A DNA stretch of 64,000 nucleotides, from positions 2,707 through 66,706 of the forward strand of contig CAYQPU010000003.1 of NCBI GenBank assembly GCA_964419615.1, written 5' to 3'. Below the pieces are notes generated by a model. That model saw only the letters and a program-made list of their open reading frames with translations, was not told where the DNA came from and did no database searches. The DNA is from an uncultured Methanosarcinales archaeon (GTDB lineage Archaea; Nanobdellota; Nanobdellia; Woesearchaeales; JAGVZT01). The translations under genes and the position numbers were made by a program. Numbering within the stretch: position 1 is the stretch's first letter; the number at the start of each line of letters is the position of its first letter. Shown here one piece after another: positions 20,828 to 30,557 of the stretch.

Positions 20828-22237
20828 ATGCAAAAGGACCTAGCTGATTTCGCAGTTTCATATGCTCAAAGATTAGGAGCAAGTTATGCTGAAGCTAGAT
20901 TGGAAAGCTCAAAAAGTAACTCTTTTTTGTTAAAAAATGGTAATCTTGAATCCTCAGGTTTTTCAGATATTAATGGACTTGGGATACGTTTAATATGTAA
21001 AAAAGGATTAGGATTTGTATCAACCAATAATTTAGAAAAATCCAAGATTAAAGGTCTTATTAATACTGCAATAAACTCAGCAAAATCTTCATCTCATAGA
21101 GAGGAAGTTACTTTGGCTGAAGATACATCAAATAAAAAGAAGTATGAAGTTAAACAAAAGATCAAATTAGCTGATGTTGATCCTTCTGAAAAAATTCAAC
21201 TTTTGTTGGATGCAGAAAAAGCGATTAAAGAAACAGGAATCAAAACACCAGGAAGGTACTTTACATTAAATGATCACACAACAACTGAATATCTTGTTAA
21301 TTCAGAAGGAACTCAATTACTTGCAAGTGTTCCAAAGGTTGCATTTATGTATTTTTTAACAATAACCAAAGGAGACCAATCTGTTCAAAGATATTGGCAA
21401 TATGGTAATTCTGGAGGTTTTGAATTTGTAAAGGGTTGGAATATTAGTGAATTAGTTGCAAGTGAGGTTAAAGCTTGTTATGATAATCTTAAGAATGGGA
21501 AAAAACTCAAAAAAGAGAAATTAGATGTAATTGCAGCTCCTCAAGTTGTGGGAATTATGGTTCATGAAAGTGTTGGTCATCCATATGAGGCAGATAGAAT
21601 CTTGGGAAGAGAGGGAGCTCAGGCAGGAGAGTCGTTTGTGACACCTGATATGATTGGACAAAAAATTGGAAGTGATGTTGTAACAGTTGTTGATGACCCT
21701 ACTGTTGAGAACAGTTATGGTTATTATTTATATGATAACGAAGGTGTTAAAGCAAAAAGAAAATACTTAATGAAAAATGGATTAATAAATGAATTTTTAC
21801 ATAATCGACAGACAGCTGTTCCAATGGGAGTTAAAAGTAATGGTTCCTCCAGATCAGTAGATTATGATAAAGAAAGTATTGTTAGAATGTCTAATACTTT
21901 TATGCTTCCATCAAAACAAACAGAGGAAGAATTAATTGAAGATATTAAAAGAGGAGTTTACATTAAGAATTTCATGGAATGGAACATTGATGATAAAAGA
22001 GTTAACCAAAAATATGTAGGGGCTGAAGCATACTTGATTGAAAATGGTCAATTGGGAGCTCCTGTAAAAAGCCCAGTAATGGAAGTTTCAACTTTTGATT
22101 TGTACAAAGCTGTTGATGCAGTAGCAAATAATATGGAATATCACGCAGGTAATTGTGGTAAAGGTGAACCAATGCAGGCAATCCCTGTATGGTTTGGGGG
22201 ACCTTCAATTAGATTAAGGGGATTGTGGATAAAATGA
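20828..22237 (+). CDS. tldD: TldD metalloprotease
   Basis: 469 aa; HESVGH zinc-binding motif; overlaps tldE start. Confidence 0.85.
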   Translation: MQKDLADFAVSYAQRLGASYAEARLESSKSNSFLLKNGNLESSGFSDINGLGIRLICKKGLGFVSTNNLEKSKIKGLINTAINSAKSSSHREEVTLAEDTSNKKKYEVKQKIKLADVDPSEKIQLLLDAEKAIKETGIKTPGRYFTLNDHTTTEYLVNSEGTQLLASVPKVAFMYFLTITKGDQSVQRYWQYGNSGGFEFVKGWNISELVASEVKACYDNLKNGKKLKKEKLDVIAAPQVVGIMVHESVGHPYEADRILGREGAQAGESFVTPDMIGQKIGSDVVTVVDDPTVENSYGYYLYDNEGVKAKRKYLMKNGLINEFLHNRQTAVPMGVKSNGSSRSVDYDKESIVRMSNTFMLPSKQTEEELIEDIKRGVYIKNFMEWNIDDKRVNQKYVGAEAYLIENGQLGAPVKSPVMEVSTFDLYKAVDAVANNMEYHAGNCGKGEPMQAIPVWFGGPSIRLRGLWIK

Positions 22238-23562
22238 GAGATGTTGCAAAGCAGGTTATGAATACCCTTTTAAAAAAAGGAGCTGATGATGTAGCAATTC
22301 TTGCTTCATCAAGTAGAGCCTCTCAAATTAAGTATTCTAATAGTCATATTAATGCCACTAAAAATTGGGAATTAGAATTTCTAAATATTTTTTTGGCAAA
22401 AGATAGAAGACTTGTTTCAACAACCCTTAGAGATCTATCTAAACAGTCAGCTGAAAAAGCAGCTGATAAACTAATAAAATTTGCAAAGTCTGCACCTGAG
22501 AACAAGTCGTATAGGGGAATTGCGCAAGGTCCTTTTGAGTATCCAAATATTAAAGATACTTATGATTCTACTATAGATGAACTTGGTGCAGGATGTATTA
22601 CAAAGGTTGAAGAGGCATTAGAACTTGCTGATGAACTTGGAGCTAAAAGAGCTGCAGGTGTTTTTGAATCATATTCAGATAAATCCTATGTTCTTACTTC
22701 AAACAATGTAGAAGCAGAGCAAAAAGGAACTGGAGTTTATTTTTCAATAAGAGGTTTTGCATCAAAACATGCTTCTGGACATATGGTTGCAGTTGCAAGA
22801 AAACTAGATTTACTTGAGATGGAACAGGCAGTTAGAAAGGCAGTGCAAATTGCAAAAGACTCACAGAATCCAAAAACCGTAGATACTGGAAAATATGATA
22901 TCTTATTTGATCACTTGCCCTTTTCAAATTTAATTGATTATTTTGGAAATGCAACATCCATTTTTTCAGTAGAAGCAGGATTATCCTGTCTTGCAAATAA
23001 GGTTGGAGAACAAGTAGCTTGTCCAGAATTTAATTTAAGTGACGATGGCACATTTACTAATGGTTTTAGTTCAACAAAATTTGATGAAGAAGGAGCTCCA
23101 ACAAGAAATACACCTATTGTTGAGAATGGAGTCTTAAAAACCTATCTACATAATACCTCATCTGCAATTAGACACAATACAAAAACTACAGCTAATGCAG
23201 GGATTGTATCACCTGATCCACATAATCTTGTTTTACAAGCAGGAAATTATTCTAAGGATGAGTTAATTAGTTCAATTGACAAAGGTATCTATATTACTAA
23301 TATTTGGTATACCAGGTTTCAAAACTATCATACTGGTGATTTTTCAACAATTCCAAGAGATGGTGCATTTTTAATTGAAAATGGAAAAATTGTTCATCCT
23401 GTTAAAGATATTAGACTGAGTGATAATCTGTTAAATATAATGAAGTCTGTGTCTAAGCTAGGAAAAGAAAGAAAACAAGTGTATGGTTGGGAAGTTGAAA
23501 CTCCAACTATAACTCCAATGGCTGTAGTAAGTGATGTTAGTATTACTAAGTCTGAAAGGTAA
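22225..23562 (+). CDS. pmbA: TldE/PmbA partner protein
   Basis: 445 aa; TldD/PmbA fold family, adjacent and overlapping with tldD. Confidence 0.8.
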   Translation: MDKMRDVAKQVMNTLLKKGADDVAILASSSRASQIKYSNSHINATKNWELEFLNIFLAKDRRLVSTTLRDLSKQSAEKAADKLIKFAKSAPENKSYRGIAQGPFEYPNIKDTYDSTIDELGAGCITKVEEALELADELGAKRAAGVFESYSDKSYVLTSNNVEAEQKGTGVYFSIRGFASKHASGHMVAVARKLDLLEMEQAVRKAVQIAKDSQNPKTVDTGKYDILFDHLPFSNLIDYFGNATSIFSVEAGLSCLANKVGEQVACPEFNLSDDGTFTNGFSSTKFDEEGAPTRNTPIVENGVLKTYLHNTSSAIRHNTKTTANAGIVSPDPHNLVLQAGNYSKDELISSIDKGIYITNIWYTRFQNYHTGDFSTIPRDGAFLIENGKIVHPVKDIRLSDNLLNIMKSVSKLGKERKQVYGWEVETPTITPMAVVSDVSITKSER

Positions 23563-24703
23563 AATCATGGAAGATAAAACAAAAAAATTAGAAGATGCAT
23601 TTTACAGTTTTTCAACTAATTTTCCTTCTATTGAAGAAGAAAATAAGATGTTAAAGCAAACTGTAGCAAGACAAAGGGATGAACTGAACAAATTTAGAAA
23701 TCCTCCTTTATTAGTTGCGGAAGTAAAAGAGATTAATAAAGATAAGGCTATGGTCAGGCTTCCAAATGGTAATATGTTTTATGTAAATATGAGTGAATCT
23801 TGTAAAGGATTAAAACCAGGAGATTTTGCACTTGCAGAGCAAAAAAATCTTACTTTGATAAAAAAAGTTCCTCTGACTCAAAAGTTTAATGTGGAAAAAT
23901 TTGTTATTATGGAAAAACCAATAATAGGCTGGGAAGATATTGGAGGTTTAGATGAGGCGATTGAGGAAATTAAAGAAGTTATTGAATTACCTTTGAAAAA
24001 ACCAGAATTATTTGAAAAAATAGGAATTACTCCTCCAAAAGCAATTTTGCTTTATGGCCCGCCAGGTACTGGTAAAACTTTGCTTGCTAAGGCTGTGGCA
24101 AAATCAACAGACTCTACGTTTATTGAAATAGTTGGTTCAGAGTTAGTACAAAAGTTTATTGGAGAAGGAGCAAAACTTGTTAAAGAAATTTTCGAGTTGG
24201 CAAGAAACAAATCTCCTTCAATCATATTTATTGATGAGCTTGATGCAATTGCTGCAACAAGAATTGAAATTGGAACTTCTGGTGAACGGGAAGTACAAAG
24301 AACTTTTATGCAGCTCTTAGCAGAAATTGACGGTTTCAAACCACTTGGAGATGTTAAAGTGATTGGATGCACAAACAGAAGAGATGTGTTAGATCCAGCT
24401 GTTTTACGGCCAGGCAGACTTGATAGGCAGATTCAGGTTTCAATTCCAGATAAAAAAGCTCAAAAAGAAATTTTCAAAATTCACACAAAAAGAATGAAAA
24501 TTGAGAAATTTGATATTAAAAAATTATTACCTAAAATGGAAGACTTTTCTGGAGCTGAAATCAGAGCAATGTGCACAGAAGCAGGTTATTTTGCTATAAG
24601 ATCAAATAGAAAGAAAGTCAAATTACAAGACTTCTTGGATGCAGTAGATAAAGTTAAGCAAAGGGAAGATCTTGATGAAAGTTACTTGAAAATGTTTGGG
24701 TAA
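23531..24703 (+). CDS. pan: Proteasome-activating nucleotidase (PAN, AAA+)
   Basis: N-terminal coiled coil, OB domain, GPPGTGKT Walker A, DELD Walker B, C-terminal hydrophobic-Tyr-X-like tail; true start probably MEDKTKK at 23567. Confidence 0.9.
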   Translation: MMLVLLSLKGKIMEDKTKKLEDAFYSFSTNFPSIEEENKMLKQTVARQRDELNKFRNPPLLVAEVKEINKDKAMVRLPNGNMFYVNMSESCKGLKPGDFALAEQKNLTLIKKVPLTQKFNVEKFVIMEKPIIGWEDIGGLDEAIEEIKEVIELPLKKPELFEKIGITPPKAILLYGPPGTGKTLLAKAVAKSTDSTFIEIVGSELVQKFIGEGAKLVKEIFELARNKSPSIIFIDELDAIAATRIEIGTSGEREVQRTFMQLLAEIDGFKPLGDVKVIGCTNRRDVLDPAVLRPGRLDRQIQVSIPDKKAQKEIFKIHTKRMKIEKFDIKKLLPKMEDFSGAEIRAMCTEAGYFAIRSNRKKVKLQDFLDAVDKVKQREDLDESYLKMFG

Positions 24704-24865
24704 ACAAAGGTTTACTTGAGAATAGATATTTCTATGCTTTCAGCTATGCTGAAAGTTAGGAACAGAGCAAAGTGGAGTGAGATTATCTTTGTTATCTATT
24801 TTAAAGTAGTAAAATATCTAAAGATTTATATATTTTTATGGTTTCTTAGAGATTAATTTAAAGGT

Positions 24866-26128
24866 TTGATAAAAATGTCTTTAGTATCAAGAGTTGACAA
24901 ATTAGTAAAAGCACCAGGGAATTGGTTTAGAGGTTGGTATAAAACTAATGTTCTCAATTCAAAAAAAGGCAAGAATCGGGCTGAGGTTGCTTATTGGTCT
25001 TTAGCTGAAACTGTCACAGTGCTTGACCAATTTGCTGAAGATGTTGCTGAAGGTCATGGTGCTGATTTTGGGACATTTGTTAATGGAGGAACTGTAACAC
25101 TGGGAGCACTTCTTTTTATTGAAAAATTAGCTGATGCAGTTGAAGGTGATGTTAAAGCTGATAAGGGAGTTTCAAGTGTCAAATATAAATTTGCATATGG
25201 AGTATCTGAATCTGTTAGTTTAGCTCAATATGCCTATTCAAGATTTAGTTATATTTCAACAGGCATTATGTTTGTTACTCCATTAATTGCTCCATTTCTT
25301 GGAGAAGGAGCTTATCCAGTAGTTTATGCAACATTTGAAATAATGGAATTTTTTTACAATAGAAATTTTGGAATCTCTTTTATTCATGGATATGTTGCGG
25401 ATTTTATGGCAAAAAAGGAACCAAATGCAAGATCTGGAACTGCAAGAAAGAAAACAGCAAAAAAGACTTCAAGTAGAAAATCAAGTTCTAGAAAAAGTAC
25501 ATCAAGGAAGAGTACTGCTCGAAAAAGTAGTTCAAGAACTTCTACTGAGAAAAAGCCAGGAAGAGGTATAAAAGGAATACTTCCTAAATTGGGTAGAAAA
25601 GCCAAAGAAGAAGAATCTTCTTCCCAAACAGGAACATATAGTCGCGTTAGTAGAAATGCTGCTGCGTCATCAGGTAAATATTCTGATACACAATTAAATA
25701 GGCTTGTTAATACTGCATACAATAATGGAATCAATTTTTATGAATCAGGAGACATAGATAGAGGTACTGCAATATCAAGTAGATATTTAACAAGACAGAT
25801 TACAAATAATGCTCGTGCACTACAAGTAGCTAAAGGTTTACTTGAACAAAAGATAGAAGATTCATTGGGAAGTCAAGATCCAACTTATCATCCTGTTGGA
25901 TCTGATCGAAATCGTCAAAGCCAAACAGAGGCAGGCTATAGTAAACTAGTAGATGAAGCGCACAGAACATTTATCCGTCAATATCGTAATGATAAAAAAG
26001 AATTAAAAAATCAGATGATGACATATATTGCACAGGATATAGATGATAATACAGTTTTATTAGAGATTGAAAAACTTGTTAATCAAAAAATAATTGGTCC
26101 AAGCGGAGGAAGAAAACGTAGAAGGTAA
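24866..26128 (+). CDS. Hypothetical protein with central Ser/Arg/Lys-rich low-complexity repeat
   Basis: 420 aa; (S/T)(S/R)RKS repeats; locally higher GC. Confidence 0.35.
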   Translation: MIKMSLVSRVDKLVKAPGNWFRGWYKTNVLNSKKGKNRAEVAYWSLAETVTVLDQFAEDVAEGHGADFGTFVNGGTVTLGALLFIEKLADAVEGDVKADKGVSSVKYKFAYGVSESVSLAQYAYSRFSYISTGIMFVTPLIAPFLGEGAYPVVYATFEIMEFFYNRNFGISFIHGYVADFMAKKEPNARSGTARKKTAKKTSSRKSSSRKSTSRKSTARKSSSRTSTEKKPGRGIKGILPKLGRKAKEEESSSQTGTYSRVSRNAAASSGKYSDTQLNRLVNTAYNNGINFYESGDIDRGTAISSRYLTRQITNNARALQVAKGLLEQKIEDSLGSQDPTYHPVGSDRNRQSQTEAGYSKLVDEAHRTFIRQYRNDKKELKNQMMTYIAQDIDDNTVLLEIEKLVNQKIIGPSGGRKRRR

Positions 26129-26164
26129 TGAAAATTTAATCATCCCTTTACTGATTTTAAATTG

Positions 26165-26245
26165 AAATGGTGCGTGCTCGGCAGTTACTACCGTAGTTCA
26201 CAGCCGAGGCTCACAGGGTGTTCACTTCCTCATCGCACGCATAAA
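26165..26245. ncRNA. GC-rich structured element (possible small RNA or convergent terminator structure)
   Basis: ~80 nt with much higher GC than surroundings; 7-bp terminal helix TGCGTGC/GCACGCA enclosing two hairpins (CTCGGC/GCCGAG; GAGG/CCTC); not a cloverleaf. Confidence 0.2.
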
Positions 26246-26298
26246 GAATTAATCTAAGTTATTATATAAATGATTTGTATTTCTAGGCAATGTTTATC

Positions 26299-27315
26299 TT
26301 ATTCAATCTTAAAGTCAATACATATTCTAATTACACCTGGAGAATAAACTCCACACTTAACAGAATCTAGAACTTTGAATTGAATTTTTTTCTTATCACA
26401 AACAGTTTTGATTTTTTCAATGGATTTTTCTGGAAATTTTTCTTCTTTTGAAAAATCATAGAAATGGATTATTGTTCCATTATCAGCTGCATTAAGTGCA
26501 ATATCTAAGAAATCTTCACTAGTTTTAGGAAGTGGCATTAGAATCCTATCAAATTTACCAAGTTTAGGAACAATTTCTTTTACATCTCCTTGTTGTAATT
26601 CAACATTATCAAGTTTGTTTAGAATAACATTTTCCTGTGCATATTCATGTGCTATTGGATTAAGTTCAATTCCAACAACTTTTTTAGCTTCTGTGTTTTT
26701 AGAAATAACTAAAACAAAAGGACCACAACCAGAAAACATTACAAGCACGTTTTCATTAGTCTTAACTAGTCCAGCTATTCGTTTTCGTTCAGTTGCTGAT
26801 CTTGGAGAATAGTATACTTTCTCAACATTTAGTTTGATTCTGACACTATTCTCCTTATGTATTGTTTCTTTAGTATTTTCTCCAGCAATTAATTCTAACT
26901 TTTGTGTTCTAAATTCTCCTTTATGAATTCCAGATTTTTTAAAGACAGTTTTGATAATGGGGTTTACTTTTAAAAGGCATTCACCTATCACATTCTGTTT
27001 TTGGCTTAATTCATCTGGGATATCAATTATTACTATATTCCCAATCATATCATAGCTAGAAATAAACTTATCCAATTCATCATCTGACAAGTGTTTTTTT
27101 AGCATTTCTATTAGATTTTGTTTTGGCTCAACTTTTTCTAATTCTTTTTCAACAATTTCAAAATCTGGAAATACTGATTTTACTTTTGCATTAACAGCTA
27201 TGTACACATGTTCATTATCAGCTGTAGTTTTATAACCAGGAACAATCAGATCTTTTTCAGCTAACAGTTTTCTGACATTTTCTGCATCTTGTTTTTTGAT
27301 CTTTATTGTTATCAT
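26299..27315 (-). CDS. Class I SAM-dependent tRNA methyltransferase, Trm5/Taw2 (TYW2) family
   Basis: 338 aa; LVMFSGCGPF SAM-binding motif, D-x-F-x-G-x-G-like arrangement and MPLP near C-terminus. Confidence 0.6.
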   Translation of the reverse strand: MITIKIKKQDAENVRKLLAEKDLIVPGYKTTADNEHVYIAVNAKVKSVFPDFEIVEKELEKVEPKQNLIEMLKKHLSDDELDKFISSYDMIGNIVIIDIPDELSQKQNVIGECLLKVNPIIKTVFKKSGIHKGEFRTQKLELIAGENTKETIHKENSVRIKLNVEKVYYSPRSATERKRIAGLVKTNENVLVMFSGCGPFVLVISKNTEAKKVVGIELNPIAHEYAQENVILNKLDNVELQQGDVKEIVPKLGKFDRILMPLPKTSEDFLDIALNAADNGTIIHFYDFSKEEKFPEKSIEKIKTVCDKKKIQFKVLDSVKCGVYSPGVIRICIDFKIE

Positions 27316-28331
27316 ATAAAATCACCAAGCCCTGTTTGTTGTTTTGTTTTAGATATTTTATCTAATCTATCTTTTATTCTATTAATCCTTTCCTCTGAAA
27401 AATCATGTTCTGATAGCATGCTTTTAAGGTTATCTAACTTTGGTTGATTCCAAACAAGCTCATATTCGTCAGTTGTTGGCATGTTAATAAAAATGTTGTA
27501 TATCTCTTTCCAGCTAACATCAAAGCTCCAGTCTAACTCTGAAAAAATCTCTTCAGGATTTTTTTCTTTTACTAGTTTAAAAGCTTTTTTAGGTCCAATT
27601 CCTTTAACTCCTCCAATATTATAGTCTGTACCTACTAAAATTGCAAGAATAATAAGCTGCTCTTTGCTAATTCCCCAATTTTGCAGGTTTTTTTCAGTTT
27701 CAATAATTATGGGTCCTTGGATCTTGTATACTAATTTTCCTTTTTGTTTTGTTTTCCCGGAGATAGATAGGTTTTTTAATATTCTTTTAGCACCATAAAG
27801 CAGACTATCATAATCCTCGCTGACAACAGCAAATGCCTCTCCTTGATTTACAATATATGCTGCTTGGGCTTCACCTTCTGATGGAGCCTGAATAACAGGA
27901 CATCCAAGTGCATTAACAAGATCTTTTGCTTCATTTATCATCTCAGTAGTTAATCTTGATGTTCTTGAAGCGTACTTTTTCATGTCTTCAATATTCCCCT
28001 TTGCTTTGGCTTGATTATATTGAATTTTTGCCACTTGTTTTAATTCTTTTCTTCGCTTTCTTTCCTGCTGCTTTAATTTTGGAGGAACACCATCAAAGAC
28101 AAAAGCAGGTTTTAAACCCATCTCTAGGAATTTTATTGTTCGACCAAGTAAACCAGTTAAATGACTAGTCACATTACCTTTGGAATCTTTAAGCAAACTT
28201 CCATCTCTTTGCCTGATATTACTTAAGAATTGATAGAGCATGTTAAAAGTATCAATTACAACGATCTTGTTTTTTAATTCATCAAATGTAATCTCTTTAA
28301 ATTCAATAAGATCTTTAAGATTAGTCCCCAT
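27312..28331 (-). CDS. fen: Flap endonuclease FEN-1
   Basis: 339 aa; XPG-N and XPG-I regions, acidic catalytic residues (VIDTFNMLYQFL, SEGEAQAAY). Confidence 0.9.
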   Translation of the reverse strand: MGTNLKDLIEFKEITFDELKNKIVVIDTFNMLYQFLSNIRQRDGSLLKDSKGNVTSHLTGLLGRTIKFLEMGLKPAFVFDGVPPKLKQQERKRRKELKQVAKIQYNQAKAKGNIEDMKKYASRTSRLTTEMINEAKDLVNALGCPVIQAPSEGEAQAAYIVNQGEAFAVVSEDYDSLLYGAKRILKNLSISGKTKQKGKLVYKIQGPIIIETEKNLQNWGISKEQLIILAILVGTDYNIGGVKGIGPKKAFKLVKEKNPEEIFSELDWSFDVSWKEIYNIFINMPTTDEYELVWNQPKLDNLKSMLSEHDFSEERINRIKDRLDKISKTKQQTGLGDFI

Positions 28332-29364
28332 TGTTCATAAAAATTATTTTGATTGCATTAAAATCTTTGTTTAATTGTTCTTGTACTTTTTTTGTTAATT
28401 TTCCTTTTGTTAGGTAAATTACAGGTAGTTTTTTGTTTTGACCTTGAATTAACGCTGCTGCAAGATCTGTGTCATTACTTGTTTTCTTGCTCTTTGCCTT
28501 ACAATAGTATTTTAGGTCTCCAAGCTTAGATGGAACATTAATGATTAAATCAATTTCTGAACCTTTTCTAATTATTTCTGATTTTATTATTTCAATATTT
28601 TTCTTTGAAAGAAACTTGCTTATTTGTCCAAAGAAACTATCTTTAATTGTATCATCTTCTGGTTTTAATTCTTTTTTTGGTTTTTCTACTTCTTGTTCTA
28701 TTGTTTCTTTTGCTTCTTTTTTTATTGGCACTATTTTTTCAGGTTTTATTTCTTCTTTTTGAGGTTCTGGTTTAGGTTTTGTCTGAACAGGTTGAAACAA
28801 CTCTTCAGGTCTTTGTTCTTTTTCAATTGGTTCTTTTTTAGCAATAGGTTTTTTGATTTGCTGTTCAGGTGTTTTAAACATAGACTGCAAGTGTTGTTGA
28901 GCAACATCATTTGAGATTGTATACCATTTCCAAAAAATCTCTTTATTTTCTCCTACTCTTACATTCAGAGGTTTAGCAAAATCTTTTATTCTTCTTAAAG
29001 AAACTCTTTCAATAGGTTGTAGAGCAACATCTCGAACAACTTTTTTTTCTTTAAGCATCTGCAAAGTTTGTCTATCCTTTGGATTGAGCTTATCTTTGAA
29101 TTTTTCCAGTTGGCTTTCCTGGCCTTTTATGTAATATAGGGGCGAGCCACCATACTTTAAATTAGAAACTTTTAATTCTCCCCTTGAGACCATCTCAGAA
29201 ATAATAGCTGATGCCATCAATATACTTGTATCAATTTGTTTTGAAACATGAACTGGAAGAGAAGGCCCCCTCATCCGTATAAAACTTAGAATTTTCTGTT
29301 TTTTATCCATGATTTTATAGAAGTAAATAATGTTTAAAAACCTTTGCTCTAAGGTCTCATCCAC
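28321..29364 (-). CDS. Hypothetical protein: N-terminal winged-helix-like domain, Lys/Glu/Pro-rich linker, C-terminal PD-(D/E)xK nuclease-like domain
   Basis: C-terminal GSEIDLIINVP...YYCKAKSKK resembles E-x-D...K nuclease core. Confidence 0.3.
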   Translation of the reverse strand: MDETLEQRFLNIIYFYKIMDKKQKILSFIRMRGPSLPVHVSKQIDTSILMASAIISEMVSRGELKVSNLKYGGSPLYYIKGQESQLEKFKDKLNPKDRQTLQMLKEKKVVRDVALQPIERVSLRRIKDFAKPLNVRVGENKEIFWKWYTISNDVAQQHLQSMFKTPEQQIKKPIAKKEPIEKEQRPEELFQPVQTKPKPEPQKEEIKPEKIVPIKKEAKETIEQEVEKPKKELKPEDDTIKDSFFGQISKFLSKKNIEIIKSEIIRKGSEIDLIINVPSKLGDLKYYCKAKSKKTSNDTDLAAALIQGQNKKLPVIYLTKGKLTKKVQEQLNKDFNAIKIIFMNNGD

Positions 29365-30008
29365 CTAATCTCATAATAAGTGACATCTCCTTCATCATCA
29401 ACAACACCTATTAAAAGACGCTTTTTTGTTGAGTGAGCAACTCTGTTTTTTGCAGCAAATTCATACCAAGTAAGAACATTTCCTTCATGAACTGGATAAA
29501 TAATCCACCTAGCATGATCCTCTCCTGGTTTAATTCCACGGTCATAAACTCTAAAATCTGCTCCAAATTTCAATGCAGTTTTTACAACATAACCTCTGTT
29601 CCTCATGTTCTTATAAACACAGTACCTAATCCAGAAATTTGGCTCAACTTTTCTTGCCCTTAGAATATAAGTTCTTGATGTTAGCTTTTTTTTCCTATAA
29701 TCTGTAATGACTAATTTGCCTTTTTCCATTAAAAAAAGGCCTTCACATAAAGAAAGTTGGACTTTTCCACCTTCAATTATCTTTCCAAAACAACTTTGAT
29801 TAAAAAATTCTCTTGCAGCATCACTATCTTCGGTTAGTACACGTTCTCTTGCAAAGATAGCTTTAACTATTTCTTTTTTCTTTTTAACTTGTTCAGCAGC
29901 AGATTTTTCTACATTTTTATCTGTTTTTTTAGTTGTAGCTTTTTTGGTTTTTTTAGCTACTTTCTTCTTTGTTATTTTCTTTTCAACTGCTTTCTTTTTA
30001 CGTGGCAT
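29349..30008 (-). CDS. endA: tRNA-splicing endonuclease (EndA catalytic subunit) with Lys-rich N-terminal extension
   Basis: 219 aa; C-terminal catalytic block ALKFGADFRVYDRGIKPGEDHARWIIYPV matches EndA GxDFxxY...H...K. Confidence 0.75.
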   Translation of the reverse strand: MPRKKKAVEKKITKKKVAKKTKKATTKKTDKNVEKSAAEQVKKKKEIVKAIFARERVLTEDSDAAREFFNQSCFGKIIEGGKVQLSLCEGLFLMEKGKLVITDYRKKKLTSRTYILRARKVEPNFWIRYCVYKNMRNRGYVVKTALKFGADFRVYDRGIKPGEDHARWIIYPVHEGNVLTWYEFAAKNRVAHSTKKRLLIGVVDDEGDVTYYEIRWMRP

Positions 30009-30073
30009 GTTATTTAAAAACTACTCTGAAATGCTTTATATACTTTGCTCTTTTAGTGCAAATAAGTAGGATT

Positions 30074-30215
30074 AGCTCCCATAGGCCGGTTCATGAGCCA
30101 GTTTGTTAGCTTGTTTAGAATAGTAATCTTAGATTATTATCATGATTACAAACTGTTCCTTATTGTTTCTTACGATTTTCACAGTCTCATTCACTTAATT
30201 GGCCTTTATGGAGCT
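30074..30215 (+). ncRNA. Novel structured RNA-like element, copy A (paralog of 58068-58212)
   Basis: Closing helix agctcccataggcc/ggcctttatggagct; P2 atgag/ctcat; P3 cagtttg/caaactg with 43-nt loop; conserved tcttacgat block; all three helices covary with copy B. Confidence 0.4.
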
Positions 30216-30278
30216 AATTTCCAATTATTACGTTTTGTTTTAGAAACATTTAAAAGAATATTTTGATTAATCATATAT

Positions 30279-30550
30279 GGTAAGCTAGATTGGGGGGTTA
30301 GCCGTCTCTTGTTACCATAAATCGGCTTTATGATGGAATCGAAGCTTGAGAAGAGGTAACTTTTCAAGTTGTTGGTCTTGGTTTGGACAGTGAAGTTCTG
30401 TCCTGTTGGACTTATGTTTGTAAGAATCATGTCAGGTCAGGAATGAAGCAGCATTAATTATATTCACAGGTGCTAATAGGGTAGCAGAACCAAGAAAGAA
30501 CTAAGGTAGCTGGCTTCTTGTTTGGCTATCGATTTTTGAGCGTGCTTACC
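30279..30550 (+). ncRNA. ffs: Signal recognition particle RNA (7S/SRP RNA)
   Basis: GUCAGGUCAGGAAUGAAGCAGC matches conserved SRP helix-8 motif (E. coli GUCAGGUCCGGAAGGAAGCAGC); terminal helix GGUAAGC/GCUUACC; helix-5 pairing GUCUUGGUU/AACCAAG; ~272 nt; GC above local background. Confidence 0.7.
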
Positions 30551-30557
30551 TCTTTAT

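Noticed and set aside
24728-24750. 8-bp perfect hairpin CTTTCAGC-TAT-GCTGAAAG after pan
   Set aside because: Too small to interpret. Archaeal terminators are usually U-tracts. Noted only.
26165-26245. GC-rich element as a tRNA
   Set aside because: Only three helices can be drawn and they are not in cloverleaf geometry. There is no T-loop or D-loop consensus. Kept as a low-confidence structured element.
30206-30430. 74-aa ORF on the minus strand
   Set aside because: Overlaps the SRP RNA; no coding signal.
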